Of a stretch of DNA of 64,000 nt, positions 63,868-64,000 are shown piece after piece. This DNA is from Octopus vulgaris (lineage: Eukaryota): assembly GCA_951406725.2 (NCBI GenBank), contig OX597827.1, positions 8,680,001 through 8,744,000 of the forward strand, given 5' to 3'. The number at the start of each line of letters is the position of its first letter. The stretch's first letter is position 1. Below the pieces are notes generated by a model. It did no database searches. It worked only from the letters and a program-made list of their open reading frames with translations, and had not been told where the DNA came from. A program made the position numbers and the translations under genes.

Positions 63868-64000
63868 ACTCTTTTACTCTTTTACTTGTTTCAGTCATTC
63901 GACTGCAGCCATGCTGGAGCACCGCCTTTAGTCGAGCAACTCGACCCCGAGACTTATTCTTTGTAAGCCCAGTACTTATTCTATCGGTCTCTTTTGCCGA
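63868..64000 (-). mobile_element. SINE1 3' end, cut by the window edge
   Basis: tactcttttactcttttacttgtttcagtcatt... matches the SINE1 tail. Confidence 0.9.

Overview
AT-rich eukaryotic (metazoan) non-coding DNA saturated with microsatellites and transposable-element debris. The repeat repertoire (tRNA-derived SINEs with internal (TA)/(TG) tracts, RTE and CR1 LINE 3' ends, extreme (TA)n/(CA)n/(TACA)n/(GATA)n load) most resembles an octopus genome; this is an inference, not a database result. No complete protein-coding gene is visible and nearly all ORFs in the track are microsatellite artefacts. Recognisable coding remnants are RTE and CR1 LINE C-termini, two internally deleted Tc1/mariner (maT-like) copies, a mariner mini-element and a pogo/Tigger fossil. 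One 39-nt candidate micro-exon suggests the window may be intronic. Non-autonomous elements include hAT-, piggyBac-, Merlin- and Tigger-like MITEs and Helitron/Helentron-like elements. The most striking signal is a set of short non-coding inserts in (TA)n tracts that carry hammerhead-ribozyme motifs (CUGANGA...GAAA...NUH, usually with a palindromic stem III). Four loci look essentially intact (7886, 43635, 48636 plus its mirror copy, 55119) and about ten more are decayed or half sites. They fall into several sequence families with terminal direct repeats or fold-back ends, resembling Penelope-like/retrozyme non-autonomous retroelements targeted to TA microsatellites.
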